From: Malacoraja senta
Taxonomy: Eukaryota
Assembly (NCBI GenBank): GCA_038087875.1
Contig: CM075977.1
Location: 269,390,001-269,454,000, forward strand
DNA length: 64,000 nucleotides
Reading direction: 5' to 3'
Positions 21,531-35,052 of this stretch are shown here, piece by piece. The number at the start of each line of letters is the position of its first letter. Position 1 is the first letter of the stretch. The position numbers and the translations under genes were made by a program. The notes beneath the pieces are model-generated. The model worked only from the letters and a program-made list of their open reading frames with translations. It did not search any database and was not told the origin of the DNA.

Positions 21531-23769
21531 CCTTTATCTTTTTCTGATGGCAGGTATTGCAACTTTATGACGCATTTTATCCACTGCTTCAGTTCACCTT
21601 GGTTCATTTATTAATCCTTCCCGCTTTGTTTCCCTTAGTCCTTTCAATCTCAACGCACATCCCACTGGTGTCCCATCCAGTGTGTTCACAGATCTTTTAT
21701 TTTGCACTATTCCTCCAAAATCTTGTATCTTTCTTCCTCCCATGTTATGTCTATTGCTGGTTTCCTGGGAGAGAAACGAGACTAAAGGAAGGATTCAAGC
21801 CTGCCTGCTGAAGGATGTGCAGTGGCAGAAACATAACAGTCAAACCAATAATAGAATGGAATGGAATACTTTAATGTCACATGTGACTAGGCACAGTGAA
21901 ATTCTTTGTTTGCATGTATACAATTAGCGGCCACCTCGGGTGCTGACAATGTTACAAAGAATGCCGGCTCCTCCTTTGTTCTCCCCCTTCCACCCCCCCC
22001 CCCCCCCCATACCCACTGTGGTCACCCCACACTGGCAAGATGTCCACAAAGTGGACAGAGACCTACCAAGAAGCAATAGGCTGCAACATCTGTACAGTGC
22101 TAACATACAGTATCTATCTATACATGTTTTGAAGCCAATATTGACAGACTGTGGTACAGAAGGACTTTTCTTAGCCAATGCAGACGTTAAGGTAAAATAG
22201 TGTTAGCTTTATTTTCAAGGTTATATGATGCTCAGTGCTAAAATTCAGCACTGTTCACCTTCACTCTCAACTGTCACCTTGTTTTCATGATTACTCAGAA
22301 ATACTTAATAAATATTTATTTTCTCTCATTACTCAGCTGTCGCAGATTTTAGCCCAAGATCTATTAACAGCAGTAGAGGTGATGTCCGTTACCTTTTTAA
22401 AATGTTCTTGCCAATAAAATCTGCCATTTCACAGAGCAATTATGCAGTGTAACATAGCTTGATAAATTGTGACCTCAAATTTTGTTTATGGCTCTGTCAT
22501 TAAAAGAAAAAGCCTGTCATACATTTTCTGCTCATGTATAACTCATACTACTGTTTCTGCACTACAAGATGGACTACCATGCTAAAGTGTAAGCTTCTAG
22601 GCAAATATATACATGAAAATTGCAGTTCCCTACAAGATATGTCTCAGGTATTATCATTGATTATTCCTTGAAAAATGATTTGTAAAATGAGTACATGTAT
22701 ATTACACTGTCATTCACTAAAGTAAAAGTCAATGCTGATGAAATGCATCCTCCTGAATAATGCATGCAGTGAAACATGCAGTTTATTTTATCTCCCAACT
22801 ATTGCAAAACAGCCTTGAACTCGAGAGATAAATGGTTTCCCAGCTCTTCGGAGTAAGGACATTCACATACTTCTGTTGCAACTGAATTGCTGCAGAGTAA
22901 TATTGTCACTGTAAAGAGAGATGCAGAAAGATAGTCAGATGGATGTAATACAATTATGAAATGTGATTATCGTGAAATCAGAATGTTCAGTCAAAGAGTG
23001 GAATTCTGTTTTGTTACTGAAAGCTTCCTGGTCTAAAAAATAATCGATAGAAATGTGAAGATTTTCTTTCCAATGCTATACATTCTTTCCCAGAAAATGT
23101 TTAATGCAGATAAAAATCTTGAAGAAAGAAGAAGGCCTAAGGTCTCAACCTTTGTATTTCCTTTCCTTCAAACAGTGAAAGACTGGCACGTTGAAGATGG
23201 CGATTCGTTACTATTGACATTTGCCTTTGCTGAGAGCTGCCCAAAGGAAATGTCGGCAGTTTCCATGTTCTTGGCTTGAACTTCTGTTATCAGAGGGTAG
23301 TGTGGTACAGCGGGTGTGATTGACAGAGAACTTGTGTTTTATGATGCAAAAATTAAATTGCTGGAAGAACTCAGTGGATCAAGCAGCATATGTGGAGGCA
23401 AAAGGGATGTGTTGACATTTCGAGTCAAGTTTTTGTGTCAGGACTTTTTTGTGTCAGGTTTTTGTGAGAGGAGAGGAAAGATGGCCAACATATAGAGGTG
23501 GAGGAGGAATAGGACAGGATCCAGCATGTGATAGGAGGGGCCAGATGAGGAGGGGAATGATGGGCAGGTGGGGGACGGAGGAGGGATGGAAAAAGATGAA
23601 CAAAGAGAGAAAGAACCTGGTTGATGAAAGTGGAATAGGAACAGAAGTGTGGGTTATCCAAGTGATAATTCAATGTTCAGATCTCTGGATTGTATGCTAC
23701 TTAATTTGAATTTGTGGAGCCAAAAGGAACTGCAAATGCTGGAATCTTGAGTAAAATTCAAAGTGCAGG

Positions 23770-23890
23770 AGGGCAGTCACGGTGGTGCAGCGATAGAGTT
23801 GCTGCTTTACAGCTAATGCAGCACCAGAGACCTTGGTTCGATTCCGATTACGGGTGCTGTCTGTATGGAGTTTTGCTACTTTCCCTCCAC
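23770..23890 (+). mobile_element. HE1-type SINE, 5' fragment followed by a CT-rich tract
   Basis: CACGGTGGTGCAGCGATAGAGTTGCTGC..CTGTATGGAGTTT. Confidence 0.65.
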
Positions 23891-26155
23891 CCTCTTTATC
23901 ATCTTTTTCTTTACCATTCATTTGCACCCTCTCACCTTTCTTTCTCTCCTGTCTCTCCTCCTGGCCTTCCCCACCCCCTCCCCTCCCATCCCAACCTCAT
24001 CCTCTTTTCCATCTCCTTCCTCTCTTTATTCACCTCTCCCTTCCTCATGCATTTCCTTCACTTTCTAACCTGCAAACCCAAGAGTAATCAAATGGTCATA
24101 TGTTACAAGTACCTGAGTCTGGTGGATAATTACCAAAAAGAATCAGTCAACTAATTCATATTCTTCAATTAATGATTCAAGGGAATCTGTGGAGTGTTCA
24201 TCATTCTTTTGGGTTTTTCAAGTCTAAGGTAGACTTAAAGAAATGTGTTCCTTTGCTAGTTAATGAAGGCATTGGGTCGTCTTCCATTAATGCTGAGACA
24301 CAGGAGGAAGCTCTTCACTTTAAGTTAACATTTCATTTCCTGCCAGTCTACTCTGGCAAAATTGCAGTTAGAACTGATGGCAGCATTCAACCCAATCCTT
24401 TACTTTAAACAAGAATCGTAAAGAAATTCAATGCTTTTCCTTCACACCCCTAATTTAAAACTGTTGCCAACTAGATTGGATTGGCAGTTTGATGACTTAT
24501 TCTTTCACTTCCTTGACAGTGAGGTCAGAATCCTGATTCCTCACAGTAAATTGACAAGATAATATTAACTTGCTTGTTGTTAAATTTAAGGTCATTTTTG
24601 TGCCTCTGTAGCTGTCTGACACTGGGCTGAATTAGTCTGAATTTTTTTTTCAATTAATGCCCTCAGAAATATATTTTACAGAAGCAAGGTTCACTATTGG
24701 AAAACAATGCTTCAGTAAATTGCACCATTCAACATTTGGTTCCAAAGTTAGTGTTCCCTAGAAGGCCCAGACTAATTAACACCAACTATATATTTTTGCC
24801 TTCTGTGTTCATTTCATTGTCTAATAGATTGCTGACATGTATCAGCTATTTCTGTGTTCTCACATCAATGCATGTTAATTTTGTCAAATCCATTCATAAG
24901 CATCATCAACAGTACCTCTGTGGCTGCAATGCATTGATAACAGAACACACAGAGTAAATGGATGCAGATTGCAGCAAATAATAAAATTCCACTTGTGTTA
25001 CGTTTCACTGCAAATTTATAGGAAAGTTATATTTGAACTGTGTTTTGATTTCCACAAAACCAGTCATTTACATTCTGAATACTTAGCCGAAATAAAGCCA
25101 AATGATTTAAAAACAAATGTTCAGTGCCATGAATGTGAATTTCATGCTACCTCTCTGAACTGTGTTCAAAATAATTACATAGTATTCAGGTCAAATATAA
25201 AGAAGGCACTCTATTATATTCAGGGTTGCAGTATATGACATTTTCTGTCATGTATGGGTGCAGTTGTCTTCAATGATTTTTAATTGTTTAATCCAATATG
25301 CTGCAGGTGACCTGGGTTTCTCAGTTAGAATGAAATATATTATTACACAGGGCAAAGGACGACTGTTAGTTGAATAAGGAATTTTAATGAAGACACAAAG
25401 CCAAAGAACACTTGTTTACAATTACGCTAGGTGAAAGGAGCTAAATTATACAATCAGCAATTCTGTCATTCAGCGGTTTGAACCATTATTTTTGTTTGCT
25501 CACAGGAGCATGATTTATGTTTGGGATAAATTGGCAGCCAGCTCTTTAATGATCCTAGTGCAAGCTTTAACTTTTGACCAAGACAGTATCTTCATGAAAT
25601 GCCAGCTTTTTATATCACATCTCCAACTAAGCCAGGTAGGAATATTTTAAAACCCAAAGGATCCATCAAAAATTATTCGCCCAGGTGAAGAAAATGATAG
25701 TTTATCTGTGTGCTACTATTAACAGGCTGGAAATCTGGAATTAGGGTGGAGATAACATTTTGAGACAAATAACCTTGGGTTATCTCCTGAAAAACTGTGC
25801 AATTCGCAAGTGTTAATTTGCTTCCCCCCCCCCCCCCCCCACCCCCCCAAAGTCTTTGGTTATTACACTTCTGCTCAAAGTTTACAATTTTTCCACAGAC
25901 CATTTAACATACAAGGGCCATAATGTATTGTTGGGTCTACTGGGAAGAATATGTGAGCAAATGATATCCAAATATCCTGCATAAACGAAACCATTGAAGC
26001 ATTTTGCTACCACATAATTAGTAATCAGAATTCATTTTTACTTTCAGACTTGATTTACTTACACTTCACTGCGGAGAAATTTCCACCAGTAGATTCAAAA
26101 GCATTTGGAGACTTGCTAAGGATATAGAACCTCAACAACATCCACCATCCATTTG

Positions 26156-26243
26156 GGCAGCACAGTGGCGCAGCGGTAGAGTTGCTGCCTTACAGCGCCA
26201 GAGACCCGGGTTTGATCCTGATTACGGGTGCTGTCTGTACGGA
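26156..26243 (+). mobile_element. HE1-type SINE, 5' fragment
   Basis: Matches the head of the full copy at 27011. Confidence 0.75.
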
Positions 26244-26249
26244 AGGGTT

Positions 26250-26690
26250 GGCGGCCATTGCTGGAGACTGATTTCAAGAGCTCCACCGCGGGTGCCTGCA
26301 GGACTTTAACATCGTGGAGCTCGCGGTCTCTGATCAGACACCGACATCAGGTACTTTGTCCGCCCCGACGCGGGAGCTAGGATCGCCCCGATGCAGGAGC
26401 TTCGATCGCCCCGACGGATGGTTCGACTGCCCCGACTGCAGGAGAAAAATGAGAGAAGATTAGACTTTATTGCCTTCCATCACAGTGAGGAATGTGGGGA
26501 ATCCGCTGTGGTGGATGTTTATGTTAACTTTTATGGAAGGTATGGGAACATTATTTCACTCGCGTGCAACAGAGAGGTATTTGTAGTTGTGTGTCTTGTT
26601 GCTTTTTTTAGTATGGCTGTATGGTACATCGCATGTCACTGTGCCTTAATTGGTACATGTGACAATAAAAGACCTTTGAAACCTTTGAAG
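26250..26690 (+). repeat. Unclassified non-autonomous retroposon-like repeat with GTGACAATAAA tail
   Basis: Closely related to 57060-57735; ends GTACATGTGACAATAAA plus a short tandem tail. Confidence 0.75.
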
Positions 26691-27010
26691 TAGGTTCACA
26701 GTGATTAGGAAAGGCAACAAATAGAGTGGAGATTGTGGAGACAAGGGGAATGTGATGACAAAATTAGAGAGCTGCTCAGGTGATCTGAATGTGCATTCTT
26801 AAGAATGGAGATGCATAAGGCAAGGGTCAGTTCTTCATGAGCCAGGGCAGGCCTGAGTTTAAGTGCTCGCAGTACAATAATGTCCAATGGAGACTGCAAG
26901 TGCTGAATCTTGTGTTGAAGAAACAAAACTAAACTAAACCCTCCACCACTGTCCTTCAATTGACAGACTCACCGTGCTCCACAGCACCCACCCTACTCTG
27001 CCTTTTCAAT

Positions 27011-27365
27011 TGGGCGGCACAGTGGCACAGCGGTAGAGTTGCTGCCTTACAGCGCTTGCAGCACTTGCAGCGCCAAAGACGCGGGGTCGATCCCAACTAC
27101 GAGTGCTGTCTGTACGGAGTTTGTACGTTCTCCCCGTGACCTGCGTGGGTTTTCTCCGAGATCTTCGGATTCCTCCCACACTCCAAACACGTACAGGTTT
27201 GTAGGTCAATTGGCTTGGGTTTGTATACTTGATATAAGTGTAATATTGTCCCAAGTGTGTGTAGGCTTGTGTAAATGTGTGGGGTTCGCTGGTCGGTGCG
27301 GACTCGGTGAGTCGAAGGGCCTGTTTCCGAGCTGTAGCTCTAAACTAAATTAAACTAAACTAAAA
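27011..27365 (+). mobile_element. HE1-type V-SINE, full length
   Basis: A/B-box-like head, V-domain, GAAGGGCCTGTTTCC tail, (TAAAC)n end. Confidence 0.88.
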
Positions 27366-29333
27366 TTAACTGAGGGGAAACTCTCTCAGGAAAAGTAAGA
27401 GCTTCACACGGATATATGTCTCCTTTAAAAAATATATTTTTAAGGAACCACTTCTCTGCTGCACGCGAGTGAAATAATATTCCCATACCTTCCATGTAAA
27501 CCTGCAAATAAATAAGTGTGACCTCTGAAGGATGTGAACAAAGTAGCAGGATCAGGTGGTGTACCTAGTCGATGCAGAATAAAGGGAACAGCATGTGATA
27601 GTCTCTAATGATTTCTTGACCAAAAGAATGTGCACAGCACCTAATTGCATTGACTGTTGTGCAGAGAGCCTCCATCATTAGTCGCCCATTGTGCTTTTCA
27701 GACTGTTCAATTGGTCGAGTAACTTCAACTGAATATCACGACTCGAGTAAGTTCAAGTTCTCTCATTGCTGATTCAGAAAATACTTCAATTACTTGACTT
27801 AACTGTCAATGCAACTTTTTTTCTCTTGCATACAGATCTGGGAATTGCACTGCGTTGTCTTTTAGTTTAATTTAGTTTAGTTTAGTTTAGTTTAGAGATA
27901 CAGTGCAGAAACAGGCCCTTCGGCCCACCGAGTCCACGCCGACCTGCGATCCCTGCACACTAACACTATCCTACACACACACTAGGGACAATTTTACTTC
28001 GGAGTCACGTGAGTGACTACGTGAAGAACCCCGCCAGTGCGCCTGCGCGTCATTACGTCAGACGCCTTGACGCAAACGGACGTGACTCCTCCAGTGGTTT
28101 GTAGTTTTTCATCTACAAGGTAAGTAGAAACTTTTTTCATGTTTTCCAGGTCCGTTTACTGTGGGTCTATGGGGATTTTTTCCACAGACGCCATGGAAAA
28201 AAACGGGCAGGGGGAAGAGGCGAGCGACACAGCCGACAGAAGTCGGGAAAGTCAGGAGTCTGCGGTTAGAGACCAACCGCCTCTAAACCCCGGTACAGTC
28301 GCCAGCGGTGAGCATAGCAACTGTGGACCTGGGGCTGGTGAAAACACAGTCAGCGCCTGTCGGGCAAAAGACAAAGTTTAAATCCCAACGGCCCACGGAG
28401 GGAGTCCCAGGCAATGGAAGTAGCTCCAGGGCTAGATACTGCTTTCGATCGTATTGCCCAAATAGAAAGCCTTTTACATAGGCTGTTGGAGCAAAGTTCA
28501 CTCAGGGAGGAGTGTACTGAAAGCCATGCTGCTGGAAGCAGCTCAAACAGCTCCTGGTACAGGGCTAGATACTGCTTTCGAGCGTATTGCCCAAATAGAA
28601 AGCCTTTTCCATAGGCTGTTGGAGCAAAGTTCACTCAGGAAGGAGTGTACTGTAATCCAAGCTGCAGGAAGCAGCTTAACAGCACCTGGCTCAGGGCTGA
28701 TGGAATGCACCCTCAGGAATGAGGAGCGTGCTACGGGTCATGAGATTTCAGACCCCGACTCTGACGGTGAGGATGTACAAGGCGATGAACGGCAGCTGCC
28801 AGATGTTCCACCCCTGGCAGTAGGATTCGCTGCCCCATCAGGGTCAGGAGAGCCATTAGGAGAAGAACTGGCCTCCTTAATAAATTACTTGGTTTACTAT
28901 CAGCTGGAACAGCAGGAGATGGATGAGACTGCAAGAAAGCAGGAGACCCCAAGTAACTGTGGGTTGCTGAAAGCAGCAGCAGTGAACCAAATTATCTGGA
29001 ATCACTTGCAGAGAATATTAAAGCTGCTGGGTTCTGGAATAACTGCTTTTACCAGAATAGCAGGTAACAGCCAAGAGATGACGAAGTTGCATCAGGAAGC
29101 ACTGGGGTTGCTATGCAGCACCCACTTCGAGATCAATTATCTGAGGAATGTGCTATAGGGCCTACTATGAATCCGAAATTCGCAGCACTCTGCAAACCAA
29201 GTAATATACAATTACGGATCCTAGACCAGGACCAAGTCGCTCATCAACGCAGGGACGTAGCTGGCGGCCTGCAGCGGGAGTAAGGACCAGTGGTGGTGCT
29301 TCAGGGAGAATCCAGGGATCTCAGAATACTCAA

Positions 29334-31150
29334 ATGACTCAAGAGGTAGGTGGACCTGGTTCTCAGGGGAACATACTAACTGGATTAAGTCCAAAAGTTG
29401 GAGGCAGATTACGTCTCTTCTATAAACATTGGAAGAAGATTACTTCAGATGTGGTAATTCTGAATAATATACAAGGATTTCGAATTGAATTCAATCCAAA
29501 TTATGATTTGCCTGTCCAGCATGTTCCTAGCAGAACTCTCCACTTTGCGAAGTAATGGAGGTTCAAGTTGCGCTTCAAAACCCTATATATAAAAGGTGTT
29601 ATTGAAGAATCAGTCTACCAAATTCTCCAATTTGGGTCAAATATATTCCCTCGATCAAAAAAGGATGGAGGATGTAGGATTATTATAGACTTGACAAGTC
29701 TGAATCCTTTTGTTCAGTGTCTGTTCACTTGCAATATATGAAGTATCTTAAATTTACATGGATGAACCAATTAGGGCAGTTCAAAGCTCTGCCTAATGGG
29801 TTAACGTTCCCTCCCAGAATATTCATAAAATTGTTAAAATCAATTCTGGGGTTGCTGAGAGCCAGGGGCATGTACTAATGGCATACCTGGATGATGTCCT
29901 GATTATAGGAAGGACAAAACAGTCAACGGAAGCATCGGTTGCAGTAATAAAATCAAACTTTTGAAAGTTTGGGGGTTTCTAAATTCATCCAAAGAAATCA
30001 AGGTTAAAAACATGTACCTCGATTGATTATTTGGGGTTCACAATTGATTTAGCTCAAATGCAAATTACTTTGCCCAGTGAAAAAAGGGTGGAGTTGATTA
30101 AAGATTGCAGTAATCTGTTAAATGAGCAAAAACCTCTAATCAGACAGGTGGCTCGAGTACTAGGAAAATTAGTAGATTCCCAGCAGTCCAGTATGGACCA
30201 TTACATTATCAACAGCTGCAGAGAATCAAAGAACAGGCACTGAGAGTAAATGCTGGTCATTTTGATAGAACCATGCAAGTAACAACAAATGCTGTTTCTA
30301 ATCTGCAGTGGTGGATTCTACATGTCTCAAGCAGTTCAGGCAAAGTGCTGATTGAACAACCTTCCATGATATTACAAACTGATGGCAGTGCACTAGGATG
30401 GGGTGCAACTGACTTAACATCGAGCTGCGGAGGCAGATGGAATCAGGAAAAGTTAGTGTTACTGCAGACATGGGGAATTACCTATTTGGAGCTTTTAGGA
30501 GGTTTCTATGGACCAAGCTTATGGTTCTAACACAACTAAAAGGAAGGTTCAAGTTCAAATTAATAAACACAACAGTAGTTGCCTATATTAATGATATGGG
30601 TGGAATTAAGTCAGTGTCATGTGACAAAATGGTTAAATCAACTTTGGTCTTGGTGTATTGAAAAGAACATTTGGATTTCAGCTATCTATCTACCAAGTAG
30701 AATGAACACGATAGCAGACACCAGGTCACGAAAGTTCCATGATAATAAAGAATGGATGTTGAATCAACAGGTATTCAATGATATAGTAATCAGATTTGGA
30801 ATAACCGACATCGACTTGAATCATCAGCTATCGAGATATGTCTCATGGAAACCAGATCCAGGAGCAGTGGCGATTGATGCTTTCTCGCTACATTGGGGTG
30901 GTATGTTTTCATATATATTTCCACCTTTCTGCCTCATAAGCCAATGTTTGCTTAAAATCAGGCAAGATGCTGCTTCAAGGGTATTGGTAGTACCAGATTG
31001 GCCTACACAGCCATGGTATCCGTTGATATTAGAATTAACAACACAAATGTTGATGAAAGTCCCAAAAAAGAGTAATTTATTGCTGCACCCTGTACAGGGG
31101 AACAACATCCATTATATGATCGTTTGGATTTGTTGATTTGCAGGTTTTAA
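29334..31150 (+). pseudogene. pol: DIRS RT-RH-MT pseudogene (copy 4)
   Basis: YLDD, TDGS..GWG and YIFPPF motifs across several frames; deletion near 29720. Confidence 0.88.
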
Positions 31151-32414
31151 GAATGCCTTTTCTGGGACGAGGACTGTCTGAGCATACTGTGGACATGCTT
31201 ACGGCAGCCTGGAGGAAGAGCACTCAAAAGCAGTACCTTTCTTATATTAAGAAATGGGAAGAGTTCTGTGTACAAAAGAATGTGCAATAAAGTACTGCAG
31301 ATATTTCAAATGTTTAGAATTTCTGTCAAAACTTTATTATGATGAAGGTCTGAGTTGTAGTGCAATTAATTCAGCCAGAAGTGCATTGTCCTCATATTTG
31401 GTTCTGGATTCAGAAAGAAACTCAATTGGGTCACACCCAATTGTTTCCAGACGAATGAAAGGAATCTTTAATTCCAAACCACCGAAACCTAGGTACGTGA
31501 CAATCTGGGATGTAAGTGTGGTACTGAAACTACTTCGTGAATGGTCATCAAGTGTGTCTTTACCTTTAACCATATAACCATATAACCATAACAGCACGGA
31601 AACAGGCCATCTCAGCCCTTCAAGTCCGTGCCGAACATTAAAAAAAAAATTTTAATTAAAAATAAATACTTCCCCCTAGTCCCATCTACCTGCACTCAGA
31701 CCATAACCCTCCATTCCTTTCCCGTCCATATACCCATCCAATCTATTTTTAAAGGATAACATCGAACCTGCCTCCACCACTTCCACTGGAAGCTCATTCC
31801 ACACAGCTACCACTCTCTGAGTAAAGAAATTCCCCCTAATGTTCCCCCTAAACTTCTGTCCCTTTGGTCAAGCTCAGTATGAAAGTATTCATGCTTATGG
31901 CATGAGTGACAGCACAACGAGTGCAAACACTTGGAAAATTACAAATAGACAGTATGGAAGTAACTGAAGACAAGGTTACATTCTATATCTATGAGCTACT
32001 AAAGTAAATTAGGCCAGGTGTGACAGGATTTAAAATTATGCTAGCAGCATATCCAAATGACCCATGTCTCTGTATTAAGACATATTTATTACAATACATT
32101 GAGGTCACAAAGAATTTGAGAATACGGAAACTGGGTTGTTGATCACACACAAGAAACCACACAAGAGAGTTTCAATACAGACTATTTCCAGATGGATAAA
32201 AGAAGTCTTAACAGCTGCTGGTATTAACACTTATGTTTTTACGTCTCACTCGACTAGGGCAGCAGAAACGTCGGCGGCCAGGGCAAAAGACATCCCCGTC
32301 GACCATATCCTCGCAGCCGCCGGGTGGTCCAATGAGTTGATGTTTCAAAATTTTTACCATCGGCCTATTGTTAATGCGGGGTTGTTTGCAGAAACTATTT
32401 TATGTTCTGTGTAA
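31144..32414 (+). pseudogene. DIRS tyrosine recombinase pseudogene with CR1 insertion (copy 4)
   Basis: ORF pieces 31254-31577 and 32136-32414 align to the copy 3 YR. Confidence 0.88.
31568..31865 (-). mobile_element. CR1 LINE 3' fragment inside the copy 4 YR
   Basis: CR1 C-terminal FTQRVVAVWNELP coding remnant, (TTATATGG)n tail, CCTTT at both junctions. Confidence 0.82.
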
Positions 32415-34214
32415 ATTCCTCTTGTTTAAAGGGGATCGGATTCATTTCATTATTTAAATGAATTACTGCATTTGTGGTACAAATGTTATTATGAATGCAT
32501 GATTGATTATTCTCGTTCCGAGTCAATCTATGCAGTGAGAAGCCAGGATTGATCCACGGCATGAAATCACAGAGCTTTAAAATCTTCACGTAGTCACTCA
32601 CGTGACTCCGAAGTAAAATAGTAAGATTAAACGAGAACTTACCTAAGTTTGAAGTTTGATCTTTATTTTATGAGGAGTTACGTAGGTGATTACATGCCCA
32701 CCACGACCCTACCCTCTATCATAAAGGTCAGATGGAAGTTCTTGTATTACTCGTTTTATTATGAGACTATATTACTTCGGTTGTTGTTTTTTGTGATTTC
32801 ACACCGCTGCTTTGAAGATTGACGCGCAGGCGCACTGGCGGGGTTCTTCACGTAATCACCTACGTAACTCCTCATAAAATAAAGATCAAACTTCAAACTT
32901 AGGTAAGTTCTCGTTTAATCTTACTATTTACATTTTTACACAAAGCCAATTAACCTACAAACTTGTACATCTTTGGAGTGTGGGAGGAAACCAAAAATCT
33001 CGGAGAAAACCCAAGCGGTCACGGGGATAACGTACAAACTCTGTACAGACAGCACCTGTAGTCGGGATCAAACCCGGGTCTCTGGCGCTGCAAGCGCTGT
33101 AAGACAGCAACTCTACCGCTGCGCCACTGTGCCGCATTGTCCTTTAGTTTATTTTGCATTGTATCATTACCAATGACATGGATCAGGTAATTAAAGTATT
33201 AAGGTATTTGACCAAATGTAATGGCAGCAGCACAACTTCCTGCTGAGAAAGTGTGTAAAGGTGTGAAAAGGTCAAAGTGTTTTAAGTAACCTGGCATCCT
33301 GTGAGAATGATTGATGAATCCACTACATTAGATGTTAACTTTTCCTTAAGTGTTGGTTGATTTGATTTAAAGATTCAGCATTTTCTGTTTAAATGGAAGG
33401 AAATCCATCCAGGTTCTGTCATGTTCAAAAGTACTTGTCCAAATGTCTTTTAAATGTTGTTATAGTATATGCTTCAACTACCTCTTCTGCCAACTCCTTC
33501 CATAAACCCACTGACTCTCTGGGTTGTCACTCAGATTCCTATTCAATCTTTCCCCTCTAACCTTAAACCTATGTCCTCTGGTTCTCCATCCCAGACTCTG
33601 GGTTAAAGACTTTGTGCATCTACTCTATCTTCTTTTTAAATGTAGTTACTCCAATTTTACTTTTCAAATGTCTCAGCATGTCTGAAAATATTAAAAGTCT
33701 CGGAGCTCGACCCCGAAGAACGAAGACTGTAGGAGGAGGGAGCAGCTGGCAATGACAGACAGGTAGGAGAGTATTGCCTCCAGAGCCCCTGGGACACAGA
33801 GGTGTTTGAACGAGGAGGTTCATGGGCCGAGCCAGTCAACAGCGAAGGAGGAAACCCTGCAGCAGCCTGGGGATTACTTGGATCGGGAGCCGCTCAAGTA
33901 CACCGAGCGCGTACACTGACTGCAGACTTTTTGTAAATGGCGGCAAAATATGGCGTCTCCTGCATATGTGAGCTATGCAAAAATAATGTCACTGTGCAGT
34001 GCATACATGACAATGAAGAACCATTGAGCCTTTAGAGCTGGCCATTGAGCCTTTACAGTCTTTCATCGCTATTTTAGAGGCTATGTCCAGCTTCCCAACG
34101 TACGTGTGGGAAACATTTGCCCTGTGAGGGGATAGTGAGACTTTGTCCCTGGGAATGATAATGCCTATTCAAGCATGTACATCTCGACTGGGTGAACAGA
34201 CCTGGGGAGGTACC

Positions 34215-34311
34215 ATCTGCAGAAGGGTCTCAACCCAAAATGTCGCCCATTCCTTTTCTCCACAGATGCTGCCTGACCCACTGAGTTACTCCAGCATTTT
34301 GTGTCTATCTT
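34215..34311 (+). mobile_element. Short Penelope-terminal-repeat-derived insertion with 13-bp TSD
   Basis: CTGGGGAGGTACC at 34202-34214 and 34312-34324; body matches 39234-39326 and 41549-41640. Confidence 0.75.
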
Positions 34312-34674
34312 CTGGGGAGGTACCTCAATGTCCAGATCCAGGCAAAGAGACCAGGTCAGCAACATCTGACCCAACAATAAATAGAATTAAAAAGCATTCA
34401 GAAAAACACATAAAAGCGAAGCGCTTTATATTGAATGGTAGCTGTTCCTACTTCTTACCGAGGGCAAACATTTTCTACTTCCCAAGTCAGGAGGCTCTGC
34501 AAATTGATCAAACTCAACCCCGACCTTTGCAGTTTCACATTTATCCGGGAATGTTTTAAGTTCAAAACTTTTGTTTATTTCTAATAAGAATAAAATCAGT
34601 GAGGGAGATCTAGGCAGGAATGTTAATTTTAAAATGTCACAGTCTATCACATTCCTAACAGTATTCCTAACAAA

Positions 34675-35035
34675 TCTTATAGAGGTGTACCAAATCATGA
34701 GAGGAATAGATCGGGTAGACGCACAGAGTCTCTTGTCAAGAGTAAGAAAATCAAGAACCAGAGGACACAGGTTTAAGGTGAAGGGTGAAAAAGATTTCCC
34801 TGCGGGGTAACTTTTTCACACAAAGGGTAGTGAGTGTATCAAACAAGCTGCTGGAGTAAGTAGTTGAGCCAGGTACTATTGCAACACTTCACAATTAGAC
34901 AGGTACATGGATAGGACAGGTTTAGAGGGATATGGGCCAAATGCTGGCAGGTGGAACTAGTATACATAGGACGTTGGCCGGTGTGGACCAGTTGGGCTGA
35001 AGGGCCTGTTTCCACGCTGTAAAACTCTATGGCTC
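34675..35035 (+). mobile_element. CR1/HER1 LINE 3' fragment
   Basis: LIEVYQIMRGIDRVD..SRTRGHRFKV and CR1 tail. Confidence 0.85.
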
Positions 35036-35052
35036 TAATACTATACTGCAAG

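Larger units (their letters stand above)
27992..32926 (+). mobile_element. DIRS1-like retrotransposon, copy 4 (coding-defective)
   Basis: Intact termini, ICR 32584-32696. Fragmented gag (~28193-29330), pol (29334-31150) and YR (31144-32414, HSTRAA..AGWS..FY). Confidence 0.95.
27862..33134 (-). mobile_element. HE1-type SINE split by DIRS copy 4 (halves 27862-27991 and 32927-33134)
   Basis: The halves rejoin to CACTAGGGACAATTTACATTTTTACACAAAGCCAATTAACC, as in uninterrupted copies. Confidence 0.85.

Noticed and set aside
22800-24420. Possible host exons (acceptor-like sites near 22910 minus and 23173 plus; short open frames)
   Set aside because: No recognisable protein motif or consistent exon chain; cannot be supported without RNA-seq or homology search.
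27011-27110. tRNA genes
   Set aside because: The tRNA-like sequences are SINE heads continuing into V-domain and LINE-type tails; no complete cloverleaf is evident.
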